Below, piece after piece: positions 20,627 through 32,631 of a stretch of DNA of 64,000 bases. Within the stretch, counting starts at the first letter, position 1; every line of letters begins with the position of its first letter. The notes under the pieces are model-generated. The model did no database searches, had not been told where the DNA came from, and worked only from the letters and a program-made list of their open reading frames with translations. The translations under genes and the position numbers were made by a program. The stretch is from Nemertoderma westbladi (lineage: Eukaryota; Animalia; Xenacoelomorpha). The DNA is taken from NCBI GenBank assembly GCA_032718475.1, contig JAUCBJ010004774.1:26556-90555 (forward strand), in the 5' to 3' direction.

Positions 20627-23600
20627 CTATCCGCAATAATTCCCCCCTCCCCTGGGTATATGTTATGTCCCTGCATGCTGTAGTCATACTGCTGTACTGG
20701 TACCGGTATAGGCCTATCAACTTCTGGCCTACTCGTCGGTATGTATTCCGCGACTTCCGGGTTTAATCCCGTTGTCCGCGCTATCCTATCCCCTACATTG
20801 CCTCTCTCAGTATGGCCTATGGTATGTGCAGTAAGGCCTACAGTATGTCCTACAGTCTGCGTGTGTTGCTCGGGATCGAAGTTTATTCTTCTCGAATAAT
20901 CCTCCCCGCGGCTACTGTATTCTCGATCGGTAGGTACATTCCGTCGGAAAGTTTCTCTTCGACCTCCCTCTCTACTATTCTCGTCTTCGTACCGGTACAT
21001 CGCGTATCCCTCCATCGGCGCATAATGCACCTCACCAGGTCGCATCTCTCCGGGGCGACGGCAATCTCCCGGAGTCCGACCCCACTGACTCTCCGTTCTC
21101 ATCTCGACTACCGACGGCTCGCTATCCGTCCTCGCTCTTCTATCGTTTGCGGCGATACTTCTACTACTGTCTTCTCTTCCTCTCCCTCCAGTGTAGTATT
21201 CCCGCTCGTGAGATCTCTCGTCGACCTCCCGGTTAAACCCCACTGTTCTTCTTCCCTCTTCTGATCGGGCTCGACGCTTCGTCCGCCCTCTCACGACGTC
21301 AACCTGTCTCTCTCTGCTCGGTCGCACGCCACTGGGGATACTCACAATCCCCCTATTACTGTCCGTCGCCGGGTGTTGCGGTTTACCTATTTCGGCCCGC
21401 GCATTATCCGCTGATGGCTGTGGAGCACTCCCTGCCCCCCCCCCTTTCGCCGCTAACTCGCTGTTGTGGGGCCCCTGTAGCCCCCCCCCCCACTCACCAC
21501 ATCTAACTTCGCTATCCCTCACCCCGCTACTATATCCCTCTTTAGTCGACACATCTACCCTACCGCGGTAGGGTCTATTCACCCCCGCCTCTCCCTCTGC
21601 TATTGCGTGGCCTACCAGGCCCTCTACTCCCTGCCTACCAACTACGTGGCCTACCAGGCCCTCACTGGGTCTACCCAACCCAGCCGCTCCCTGCCCACCA
21701 ACTACGTGGCCTACCAGGCCCTCTCTGGGTTGGCTCAATCCCGCCACTTCCGACCTACCAATTGTACGGCCTACCAGGCCCCCGTCTGCCTGGCCATACA
21801 TGCCCGACGTGTTCATGTTAATAGCACCCATATTGGAAACGGAATTAATTTGTCCGTTTGAAACAAAATCATTTGAATTATTTTGTAAATTCGGACTTGG
21901 ATCATTATTTAAATTATTTGAATTATTTTGCACGTTCAAATTGAAATTATTATTTGTACTTAAATTTAAATTACTGCTACTAGGTAAAGTATTATTTGCT
22001 GCAATAAAGGTTTGGTTAGAGTTATCCCATACGGTACTATTAATATTAACGACGTCTACTATAGCATTATTATCACCCCCCCCCCCCCCGCCCGTACGGT
22101 CACACCAGTCTTGGGTCTGTCGTGCGGTCCCTGTAAGTGGGGTATTAATAAATGTATCCACGGCCCCTGGCTCCTCGAAAATACTCGAGCTAGCCCCACT
22201 CTCAGACGCCCCTACTCGCGCCAATTCCCGTTCGCGCGTATGTACAGCTTTGTACCCTGTAAGCTCACCTTGACGTTTCTCTAGTTCCTTTTGCTCACCC
22301 TCCTTCCTTGCCATTCTCTCCTTACACTCCCGTGCGTCCCGTTCGGCCAATTCCAATTCTCTTCTAGCCCCCTCCCTTCGTCTCGCCTCACGCTCTCTGC
22401 GTTCGTTTTCCTTTCTCTCCTCGCGCTCTCTGCACTCGTTTTCCTCTTTCGCCTCACGCTCTTCGCGCTCATTTTTCTCCCTCACCTCGCGTTCCCTGTG
22501 TTCCGCCTCACGCTCTTTGCGCTCAATTTTCTCTCTCGCCTCGCGCTCTTCTTGTTCCTTCCTCCCTACTTCCTCACACTCCCTAAGGCTTCTCGCGGCC
22601 CTTTCGGCCCTCTCCCCGGTTTCCTTAATCAACGCCATTTCCCTCTCTAGCAGCACTCTCCCCTCCTCTAACCGTCTGCCTACTTCCCTTTGACCTTGCT
22701 CTATTAAATTGAGACGGTACGCGGCATTTATATCTCCCACCCGTCTTTCTTTCACGGAGGATGTAGCAGACTTATCGGTTGTAACGGATTCCCTCCGCCT
22801 CCCCTTCCTACTAACCTTCCCCCGCCTCCCGGAACTTCCTCCGACCGACGAGGCTGAATCCTCGGGGTTAACCTCGGATTCGTCCTCCTCGGGTCTCTCC
22901 CAACCCACTAATTTTACTCCCCGGGCATCGACTAAGTACGGCCCTACGTACACTACGCTAGGTTCTATACCCCCATACCGCCATAAGTCATACAGTTCCT
23001 CGGCAACCCCTCTCGCTCTCTCCTCGGCCAGTCCTCTTTGCCCGAAGCGCATTAGATAATAAAAGTGTCTATTCGACTCACCTAGTCTTCTCTTTAGTTT
23101 TACCTTGTCTATCGTCGCCCCTCCTCTGGCCTCCTCTAATAGTCTCCGGGTCGCGTTGTAGGCCCGTCGAAGTCGATCAGAAACCCCGACATCCTCGTCG
23201 CCGACCTCTCGTCCGTCTCTCCGGGTCCGGCGTCGTACCGTCGGCCCCGCCGTCGCCGTTTCGGTGGGCCACTCGTCGCTCTCGGCCTGTGGCTGGCCGG
23301 CGACATCGGTACCGACATCTCCTCCGTCTCTTCGGGTCCGGCGTCGTACCGTCGGCCCCACCGTCGCCGTTTCAGTGGGCCGCTCGTCGCCCTCGGCCTG
23401 TGGCTGGCCGGCGACATCGGTACGTCGACCCACGTCTCGTGTCGACTCGTCTCCGTCTCCCTCCGTCTCGCTCTCTCCTTCTCTTGGCTCGACCTCGGGT
23501 TCCAGGCGGCCCCTCTCATCCTGGACTGCCGGATGACCCGTTACCGATGGGTCCGGCGTTGTGGGCCTGTACCGCCTGGTTGCGGCCTCGCGGATCGTTA

Positions 23601-23649
23601 ATTCTTCGTCCGGGGTCCGCGTCGGCGTTGTTTCTCCCGACTGGCTCAT
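20512..23649 (-). CDS. Element 1 ORF1: long N-terminal Gag extension (coiled coil, low complexity)
   Basis: ATG about 60 nt after the 5' LTR; E/R-rich coiled coil; overlaps the gag-pol frame at a G18 run. Confidence 0.75.
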   Translation of the reverse strand: MSQSGETTPTRTPDEELTIREAATRRYRPTTPDPSVTGHPAVQDERGRLEPEVEPREGESETEGDGDESTRDVGRRTDVAGQPQAEGDERPTETATVGPTVRRRTRRDGGDVGTDVAGQPQAESDEWPTETATAGPTVRRRTRRDGREVGDEDVGVSDRLRRAYNATRRLLEEARGGATIDKVKLKRRLGESNRHFYYLMRFGQRGLAEERARGVAEELYDLWRYGGIEPSVVYVGPYLVDARGVKLVGWERPEEDESEVNPEDSASSVGGSSGRRGKVSRKGRRRESVTTDKSATSSVKERRVGDINAAYRLNLIEQGQREVGRRLEEGRVLLEREMALIKETGERAERAARSLRECEEVGRKEQEEREAREKIERKEREAEHREREVREKNEREEREAKEENECREREERKENERREREARRREGARRELELAERDARECKERMARKEGEQKELEKRQGELTGYKAVHTRERELARVGASESGASSSIFEEPGAVDTFINTPLTGTARQTQDWCDRTGGGGGGDNNAIVDVVNINSTVWDNSNQTFIAANNTLPSSSNLNLSTNNNFNLNVQNNSNNLNNDPSPNLQNNSNDFVSNGQINSVSNMGAINMNTSGMYGQADGGLVGRTIGRSEVAGLSQPREGLVGHVVGGQGAAGLGRPSEGLVGHVVGRQGVEGLVGHAIAEGEAGVNRPYRGRVDVSTKEGYSSGVRDSEVRCGEWGGGLQGPHNSELAAKGGGAGSAPQPSADNARAEIGKPQHPATDSNRGIVSIPSGVRPSRERQVDVVRGRTKRRARSEEGRRTVGFNREVDERSHEREYYTGGRGREDSSRSIAANDRRARTDSEPSVVEMRTESQWGRTPGDCRRPGEMRPGEVHYAPMEGYAMYRYEDENSREGGRRETFRRNVPTDREYSSRGEDYSRRINFDPEQHTQTVGHTVGLTAHTIGHTERGNVGDRIARTTGLNPEVAEYIPTSRPEVDRPIPVPVQQYDYSMQGHNIYPGEGGIIADRCMGPNILTSTPVPNIPVGGGGGGRVTFPHHNINNIPR

Positions 23650-23710
23650 CTCGCTTGGTGATTGGTGGCTGGTGGTTTAGCTGGCTAGGGGAACAACTCG
23701 ATTTAATTAC

Positions 23711-24259
23711 TGTGACGGGATCCAGGAAGGATCCCGATTTATCCGGTTGTTTAATTCACTCGTCCCCGCCGTGTGCATGAAAGGTAAAAGGGAATCCGTG
23801 TCGTTCGTTGTATATAATAACTGATATAGATATAGGGTATATAGATATAGGTGTACGGATAATGTTGTCGTATACAGAAGGCGGGATACGGTAATTAAAG
23901 TCCCGGTCCTTCCCTAGCTAAACTAACTAACCTAAACTAGCACCAATATTACACTGAGATAACTGGACTGATATGATTACTGCCAAGTGGCTATATTGCA
24001 CGGTTGGCCTTGTTACTCTACCTAACCGATGCCTTTCCCCCCTCTGATTGGTTGATACCCTTGTTGGCGCCCTTTGGAGTGTTTCCGTTCACTCCACCTG
24101 TTCTCTCTGGGTTAGGGGTTTGGCCCCTGACCCTCATTGTGTGTTTCCTTCCCATTTTGTTGGGGTGGCACGAGTTGGTTGATTACCCAATCTCGTGGCT
24201 CCCAATATTGCTTATCGGCTTAACTTTATGGGGTGTTAGCGGGATTGAATAAGCTAACA
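23711..24259 (-). repeat. 5' LTR of element 1
   Basis: Minus strand reads TGTTAGC...CCCGTCACA and contains CCAAT, TATA-like CAATATAG, Inr-like TCAGT and ATTAAA. Confidence 0.95.
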
Positions 24260-25341
24260 GAGAGGAAGAAGAACATACAACGTTATTTACTATATATGTA
24301 ACAAAATAATTGTTTTCGTGTTTAACTTGGAAGCCTCCCCAAATAGTTGATATACAATTATATTTAAAATTATTTCCATGGTCATGGTCATTCACCCGTC
24401 TTTAGTTAGAAATTTGTTTGCATGAAAGACAGTTTAGTTTAGTTTTTACTGATTTATCAGTCATATCATTATCAGTCATATCATTATCTCATATCTGACT
24501 GGGGTAATAATAAAGGATAGGATAAATGGAAGCAAAGTGTGACAGTAACAAATATTTCCCCGTCACCCTAGCATGTCTTAAGTATATGATATATCAAAGT
24601 GGGAAGTTTGGATTCACTGCATAAATGCAGTTCACCAAACTTCCCCCGAATGCACACTGTAACTTCCCCCTTCCCACAAATATCCACTGTTGAATTAATT
24701 TGAAGCGATATAATAAGTACAAAATTGTGCGAGTTTTTAATTGTGTGGTCCAATTGTTATTTGATTTCTATTTATTATTTAAAGTGCATTTAATATCACA
24801 CTGGTTTTTAGAATATTATACTATACAACCTTATGTTTTATTAATTTACCAAATCGAAGCCTCATAAGGGCCGGTTATTTGTACACATATCCCCTAATGC
24901 GCTCAGTAAGGTTCAAACAACATATTGAACCAAGGTGGACGGTTAGATGGCCGCGCAAACTATCTGTGTACTAAAATGTTAAACCTATATAATATATCTG
25001 AAAAAAGTTTTTGTCTGAATGCCAAGACGTGAGGCGGCCTACAGCCAGTAGTTATATATGCTGTAATTATAGCCGGCGCTTACCTTATCCAAATGGTTAA
25101 TTTGTTTAAAATGATATTTATTCATTTTGGTTTAAATAATTACATTGGTTTTGTGGACCATTTATTTTGTAGGTATTCTCCATTATATTTAGTGCTGTGT
25201 GATTTCTTGGGGAGACATTTTTTAAATTGGTGTCCCATAATTTTTTGGTGGAATTTTCATAAATTTTGGTGTGGCTTTAATTTGGTAGCATATTCAAATA
25301 TATTATATAGAACTCTACTAACATACTACTCTTGTTTTCAG

Positions 25342-25547
25342 GTGGGCAAACCGAAATGTCTAACGGATTCTATTTCGGGATTATCCGCGGAATGCTAAGA
25401 GCTGGATTCTCATATAACGATAAAACTTATTGGGTTAATTTCCAATCAACGGATTCTTTTTGGTCCCAATGGAATCACGTTGCCATGTTTGTTGAAGAGA
25501 TTCATGGGTCTTTGACAAAATTGCAATTTTATTTAAACGGAGCCAAG
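25342..25547 (+). CDS. PKD1-like exon (LamG-like)
   Basis: GGQT..GFYFG..QWNHVAMF..LQFYLNG; joins YFISS in frame across the intron holding BEL element 1. Confidence 0.8.
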
Positions 25548-25624
25548 GTATAATAATTTTATAATTTTACTTTTCAACTATCAGTTAGTCGAAGTACCTC
25601 CATCAACATTATAATATCATTATT

Positions 25625-26170
25625 AATGGGGCTCTGATCGAGTTCCGGCAGCTAGTGGTTTGTTTGTTTGTGGCTGTTGGTGTGTGCGGCAGCGGCAGGA
25701 ATGTTTGAACGCTAATAAGTCAGTTAATCTCGGAACCAAACTTGGTACACTTATAGTCTATCAAAAGTTTAGAAATTTTACAAAAAGACAGACTTATATA
25801 GTTCCTCTGTTACTACGGGGCGAATTGACAGAAACGTAAACGCAGCTGTTATTATAGAACCAACAATCAGATTTATCTGAAAGTTGGTAGTAGTAACCTA
25901 CGAGCATTACTTAAATAGGAATTTTACACACAGACAGACTTTTACAGTTCCTCTGTCTGTCGTTAGGGGGCGAATTGACAGAAACGTAAACGCAGCTGTT
26001 ATTATAGAACCAACAATCAGATTTATCTGAAAGTTGGTAGTAGTAACCTACGAGCATTACTTAAATATAAATTTTACACACAGACAGACTTTTACAGTTC
26101 CTCTGTCTGTCGCTAGGGGGCGAATTGTCAGAGCTCCAGTTGATCGTGCTTAGCACGGTTTAATCTATCA
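25625..26170 (+). mobile_element. Helentron-associated (HINE/DINE-like) non-autonomous element
   Basis: Short subterminal inverted repeats GGGCTCTGA / CAGAGCTCC, (GTTT)n near the 5' end, internal duplication of about 150 bp, 3' hairpin CGTGCTTAGCACG. Confidence 0.5.
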
Positions 26171-26352
26171 GCCGCTTTGTTCGTTTCAATTTCAGTCTGT
26201 ATGCGTTTCTGCATATTTCTGTTTACTTTTCTTTCTCTTTGTCTGTCATGGCGGATGGGGTAATGTTCATTTGTGTGTGTTTATTATTATTGTTATTACT
26301 TTAGTAGTAGTATTAGTAGTAGTAGTATTACTTTATTACGTTATTACTCTAG

Positions 26353-26557
26353 GTAGCTACTGACTCCTATGGGCACACCAGAAGCAACGCGATTCATCAA
26401 GTTGGTTCCCAGATGTACGATATGTTCACCCATATTGTAATAGGAAGACCCAATAACGTCCAGGGGAATTATGGGTCGGTTTACATCGATCAATTAGAGA
26501 TTCACATACAAAAAACCAGTGACCTGATATCCGACTACCTTAATCACGCAATCAGGA
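26353..26557 (+). CDS. PKD1-like exon (LamG-like C-terminus)
   Basis: VATDSYG..IVIGRPNNVQGNYGSVYIDQLEI; AG/GTAAG boundaries, phases consistent. Confidence 0.75.
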
Positions 26558-27646
26558 GTAAGATAATACATATTTAGTACACCGAGGACCCACGTACAGT
26601 AGTATGCTTACTGCGTAGACTGATATAATATTATTACATTATTATATAATATTAACAATATTATATTATTATAATACAGAAAATTAGTTTTGAATCCATT
26701 TTTTGTTAATGGTTGTTGTTGGATGTTAATGGTTAATGGTTGCTCATTTTTTGTACTTCAAGACATGGCGAATCTTACCGGCGTCACTTACCCATTTTTT
26801 TATTTGTAGCTCTTTTTTGAGTTTAGATTAGTTTTGATTTTAGAGTTTGAAATACAAGTTTTGGCAAATGTTACAAAATATCGTCTGTTAACGAGTGTAT
26901 CTATTGAAAATTGAATAACACTTTAGTAGAGAAAAACATTTACCAACTTTTCTTCCAGACCGCCAACAAGGCCCGAGTTACCTCCCTAGCAACTGATTTA
27001 TGAAATGTAATGTATTGATTATTTTGTTTCAACTTTTATTTTTTGAGAAAAAGTCTGAGAAAAACGGTTTTAAAAATTAAAGCCCAATCCACAACTTAAA
27101 TAAAGTCTTGAGAACACATCAAACATCAAGGGTCTAATGTCGCAGACACAGGCCGGTTATTTGGACCAGAGTAATATTCTCATGAATCAAAATGAGTTTA
27201 CCGCTTTAACCGTAGCTGGCACGCGCTATTTATACTACGCAATTGGAGGGAGGGTGGGGGGGATTTTATAATATTTTCAGATCTTTCCTGAAATTTAAAA
27301 TTTTAAGGTATAAAAGGATTTTTCTAGATCGCCGATCACGATAAATCTTGTTTAAAATATTTTTGGCATTCCAATCATCATTTTTGGTGCTATTCTGGTC
27401 GCCAGGACGAAAAGTAAGTAAACAAATGTCAAATTTTGTTTTGCCTTTGATTGTTAAGCAGAAATAAGACAAGACCCAGAAATGCTTAATTCTAAATGCA
27501 GAAGTCACATCAGTCAGAATCGACTTGCATGTGTAAACTGGGCCTTTACCATTAAGGACTGTTTCTACAATTTATCTTTATTTGTACAACACTATTGATG
27601 TAATATTTCATAATAATAAGATAAAGTTATTTTACACAATTTGCAG

Positions 27647-27871
27647 GTATTTCCAAGTATTTCTATATGGGTTGTTTCAATGAGCCTGTCTCATTCATTC
27701 CTAAAACAGTTGACAATACATTAGAAATGTATAACTCATGTCTCGATTCTCAATACGCCATGATCAGGGAATTCGGACCATTCTACCAGATTATGTGTAC
27801 AGATAATCTACCAACTATACAGTCTACTTCCTGTTCAGACTATCCTTATGAAAATACTGGAATGAAAATCG
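27647..27871 (+). CDS. PKD1-like exon (WSC-like)
   Basis: YFYMGCFNE..C..C..C pattern; TTGCAG acceptor and GTTAGT donor. Confidence 0.7.
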
Positions 27872-28092
27872 GTTAGTTACTGTACCGGTACTGCTACTGG
27901 TGTCAGTTACAATATTAACAACCCGTACCTTGCAAACACATGAAATATTACAGTATTATATAGGTTTCTAGACAATGATGATACATTTTATGTGAACAAA
28001 AGTTCTAGAACTGTAACTAACTAACAATAGTAATTAAGATGTAGAACGACTTTTTTACAAATAAAATATTTATCAAATATTATGTTTAATAG

Positions 28093-28377
28093 GTACCACA
28101 GCTGGCGCATCTGTGGCTGTTTTTAGGACCACTACATCAACCAATTCTATCAAAGAGTTTAAAATATACAAACCAATTGAAGAGTTCCTGACGGAATTTG
28201 TGGATGAGTCTGGTGTAATTATTGCTGACGTCACGAACATAGAACTAGGGACCAATATCGGTATAAAGATGACCAACATTCTGGATGCCGACCTCGATAA
28301 AGCCACACTGCTGGAGGATAAAGCTGACAGAGGAGGATTACATATAGTTTATATTTATACCATTCTATATAAAAAAG
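28093..28377 (+). CDS. PKD1-like exon
   Basis: Open frame GTTAGASVAVFRT..LYKK; TAG acceptor, GTGAGT donor; phases match both neighbours. Confidence 0.7.
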
Positions 28378-28545
28378 GTGAGTCTTCAATCCTCAAAATA
28401 ATTGGCGACATGTCTCATTAGATTTGATACATAGAACATTCGAAGCGGTTACATCTTTACACGTCATGAGTTTGATCCGTCGATGCGGATGCTAAGGTCG
28501 TTGTAATTTCGTGGATAGATTGCCCGCGTAGTTAATAAAACAATT

Positions 28546-31500
28546 GAAGCGGCCATTCGCAATAGGGAGTAAGTACGAAAAATGTGTTTGTGAGAAAATT
28601 ATAACTTATTAATAGCCGTGTTTTTCATCTTAATCTTCCTTAACTGCAAAGATATATAAATTTCCGTGTGTGAAAATTGATTTCACGTATTTGCACGCTA
28701 TTAACAAACATAAAGTTCGTATCAAAAAAAGATACTCCTTTCCGGAACTGAACTGTATTTTTTCTATTTGCATTTTAATGAAGGATAATCCCTTTTGACA
28801 TGAATATAAATGATGACTTTTTTGCAAAGATAAATATTTTATCCAAAAAAGTTTGTTGTGTGTAATGCGTTTTTAGAGCCTGGGAAGGGTATAATGGAAA
28901 AAAGGAATAAAAAATATTAGGAGTAAATCATAACTAATTTAAAAAGAACCAAAAGCCAAAAATTAGCCGCGCTCTAAAAAACAGCAAATTTTTTCCCCTA
29001 TATACAAGTCAATTGGTGTTAATATTACCCAAGATAGGCCTAGTGGTGGGGTGCCGCAAAATTCTGGTGTACCGTCAACCGGTACACCAGTCACCGGCAC
29101 AGTCGCGGCATTGCGCGCCATCTGGCGCGCTTTATGTCCTTAATCCACTAATGACTGTGTATCTATCAATAAACGTTTATGGCTAACTATCGTTTCTCTA
29201 CGATATCAACACAATTAAAGCAGGATTAGATAGATATACACTGCTGATGTGAGTAACTACGTCTAGAGTTCCGGTACACCAGAATATTCATAGAGTACTT
29301 CATATGCCTGACTGCTGTCACCCACAATTCATAATTCCCGCCTACTAGGATCGGCATGCTGCATTGCAGCTGCATTTTTAGGAATGCTATGCCGGCTTAT
29401 CGACAAAATTGCACCGCCACAACTCCCTATCACCCATGACATTTGCTAGATCATCCGCATCTTCAAGGCCAGTGTCCTTTAAGATGCGTCTCAAGAAAGT
29501 CATGGGCTGTCCACCATGCTTATTCACTCCATGAGGCTGCCAAAGTACAAGATTATGCACTGGCTGGTCCTCACGGCGAAAGCAATGTCCTGCAAAGCGG
29601 AGGCGATTTTGTTCTAGTGTCAAGCTTGGGGGAACCAATGAGACACATCCAATGTTATATAGTGTCTGGTTGGGGATGTATGCATTGTACTTGACACAAT
29701 GAACCCGGCGTAACATTCTTGTGAATGTGCCATCCAGAGATTTGGTGTCCTCAGCAGTTAGAGCCCAGCATGGACTCCCATAGAGGAGTACTGGAACTAC
29801 TGCTGCTCTAAATAATCGGACCTTAAGTTTCCGATTAATTCTTGGTGACTTCCAAATCCTAGAAAGCCTATTCAAGGCTTCCCATGCCTTTCCCTTACGT
29901 ATTGGAAGGTCCTCACCTGACTTCCGGATCCATGATCCCAGTTAACAGAAGTCATCCACATGCTCAAGCATACCATCTTTTGAGCTTATGCTCATGAGAC
30001 TTGCTGACTTGCTGAGGACTTTCAAAGTTAACTGTCAAAATTTTGGTCTTTCTGGAGTTAATAAAAAGACCAACACTAGAAGCAGCATGTTCTACTGAGC
30101 TGAGGAGCCGTTGGGCTCCCTCTAGTGATTCTGAGAGTACTCCTAAGTCATCAGCAAAGTCTAGATCAGTTAGGTACTTGGCAGGATTTCCTCGACTTCT
30201 GGAGCCAGTAGGTGGAGTTATCATCACCCCATCATCATTATGATGATCTAAGGACATGCGTAGAACATAGTCAACAACAATTATGAACAATAATGGTGCA
30301 AGTCTGTCTCCCTGGAGGACGCCCCACAACACTTCAAATGGTTCTGTGTCACCGTCAATAGTAGACACAAATGTTGTCGAACCATCGTATACTGATCTGA
30401 TTGCTGCTATAATTTCATCATGAATCCCATATAATGAAAGTATGCTGAACATACGTGAGCGAGAGACTGAATCAAAGGCCTTGAAGAAGTCAACAAAGAT
30501 AACAGCCAGATGCCTGTCTTTCTTATTTGATAACTCTTCAATTATCCTTCTAAGTGCCAAAATGGGCTCCATGGTCCCACGACCTTTACGGAACCCATTC
30601 TGATTTCCACGGTGCAGTCTCTCAATGGGATCCCTGATGCGATTTAATAGAATTCTATTGTATAGCTTTGCAGCAATCGAGATCAATGAGATTCCCCGAA
30701 AAAAAACCAAAGAGTGTTAGGTTGCCCTTCTTGGGAACTGGCACCAACTTATTTGTTTTCATTTCTTGTGGGACTCTTGTTGTTCGGTACATGTCTACTA
30801 TGATGGGATAGATGAGCTTTAAACCGTTTCCTGTTTCGAGGGTATACAGAAACTGTTTCTGCAGCTGCTAACTTAACTGCCTCTGTGAAGGCAGTATAGC
30901 CCTCACAGTGATCTGCCGCCTCAGAGGCAAGAACCTCATACCTGTTGCTCAGCTGTAGTGTGAAGCTGGATCTCACACTTGGCTGTTGCAACAGAGAGGA
31001 CCAGTCATGCCGCGGCAAGGCAGATTTCGTTGTTCTGCTAGCACGCAGACTAAGTCTTACCTTGGCCACAATAAGGCGGTGATCACTGGAGAAGGGTCGT
31101 AGTGTAAATGCATTACAGTCTTGTATAGAGCTCCTGTATTTCCAACGAAACAGGATATGGTCTATCTGGGACTTGTGACCACTGGGTCCACTATGAGTCC
31201 ATAGCTTTCCAGTTCGCTTCTTGAACTGGGTTCCAGCCGAAAACAATCCATTTCCAGAGATAAAATCCTGAAGATGGACGGAATTTCGGTTGACACTATT
31301 GCTATAGACCCAGGGCGATGTAGGTGATTGATACAGACTTGCATTAAAGTCTCCCAGGAATGTTAAGAATGCATGCTGATCCACTCCATCAGTAGCTGCT
31401 TGTAGATTCTGGTAGAAATTTTCCACCTCCTCTACAGGGGCAACATTAGTTGGAGAGTAGCACACAATCAGAACCACCTTAGGAAACTTCTTAGCCAGTC

Positions 31501-32403
31501 TTCCAGAACATGAGAAATGGCAACAGGTGATGCGGTTACAGATATGGTCTATTTTGTCCAATGCTCCATGTGCAGTTGGATTCATCAATAGACCAATTCC
31601 ACCATGGCCACTATCATCTGCTGAAGCGAGGGCGAGTCGCCAACCGCCCCCCATGTCCTTAATCAGAACCTCATCAGTCTGTCCAGTCTGCATTCGGTGC
31701 TCTTGAACACCCACTGCACTAAGAGAAAGCTTATCTGCCAAGGCCATCAGCTCACCTTGTCGCATTGGGGACCCGAGTGTTAGGGTGTTTACTGAGGCTA
31801 GTCTAGTGACTTGCCTCAGATTCACCAATGGCTTTGTTGGTCGGGGTGGAACATGAGAGTAGCCTCCAACTCCAGAATCCCCCCCCCCCCCCCCCTCACA
31901 ATCTGGCCTCCCTGGTGACCCAGGGTTTGGGCCAGAAAGGTCATCAGGAAAGGGACTCAAAGAATTGTTGGCTGCTCTCTCTCCAGTAGGGGGTGAGACA
32001 GGCAGCCGGTCAGGAGATAACTGACGCCTGTGAGGCCGATTGTGTCCAGTCATTCCACTGGCCTCTAGTGGCTGGACCTCCGCATTACTAATGTAATCCA
32101 TAGTGGGGGTTGGGCGGTGCTTTTTTGCCGAGTCAGCTCTCGGGGCAAATACCACACCCTGGTTCCCGCCAATATTGGTTTGATCTCAGTGAATGGCAAT
32201 AGGGAGTATCTTACTCACAACTCACTTACTCCTCTTTGATTCTCAATGCTAAAAGGGAGTACCTTTTAAATGAAAATTTAAATATTACTGGTATGCCTTA
32301 GCCATCGTGACTGGCCTATTCAGCACATTAAAATGAACCAGAATCGGTGTCTAACTCAATTTTGATAAAATCATACTTACTCCCTATTACGTATGGCCGC
32401 TTC
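28546..32403. mobile_element. Non-autonomous TIR DNA transposon (Sola1-like) hosting a nested RTE
   Basis: TIRs of about 30 bp, GAAGCGGCCATWCGYAATAGGGAGTAAGTA (2 mismatches), flanked by AATT on both sides. Confidence 0.6.
29356..32190 (-). mobile_element. RTE-clade LINE, degenerate (APE plus RT, frameshifts and an internal deletion)
   Basis: VGVQEHR, CYSPT, LGDFNA, QIDHIL, SDH (APE); RGISL, QNGFRKGR, FVDFFKAFDSV, GVLQGD, DFADD (RT), split over three ORFs. Confidence 0.9.
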
Positions 32404-32631
32404 AATTGGATGAATAGGTACAGAGAATAAACATAAGAGTCCAATAAAACACTGTAAAAGATTACAGTGGCGTTGCTTTCTAACATGAACAATTAACAAA
32501 ATTTTATTTAACTTGCATTCACTGAATTTAGTGGTCTCTATACTATACACCGTTATTTTACTTCTTGTGTGTTTCTACCAGATAGAGTATTATGGTTCAT
32601 ATGAAACTCACAAATATAAATTTTATTCCAG

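Larger units (their letters stand above)
10162..24259 (-). mobile_element. Full-length BEL/Pao LTR retrotransposon (element 1), 14.1 kb, with extra 3' ORF
   Basis: 549-bp TG..CA LTRs; TSD GAGAG at 10157-10161 and 24260-24264; PPT at 10711-10719; gag-PR-RT-RH-IN order with BEL/Pao motifs. Confidence 0.95.
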
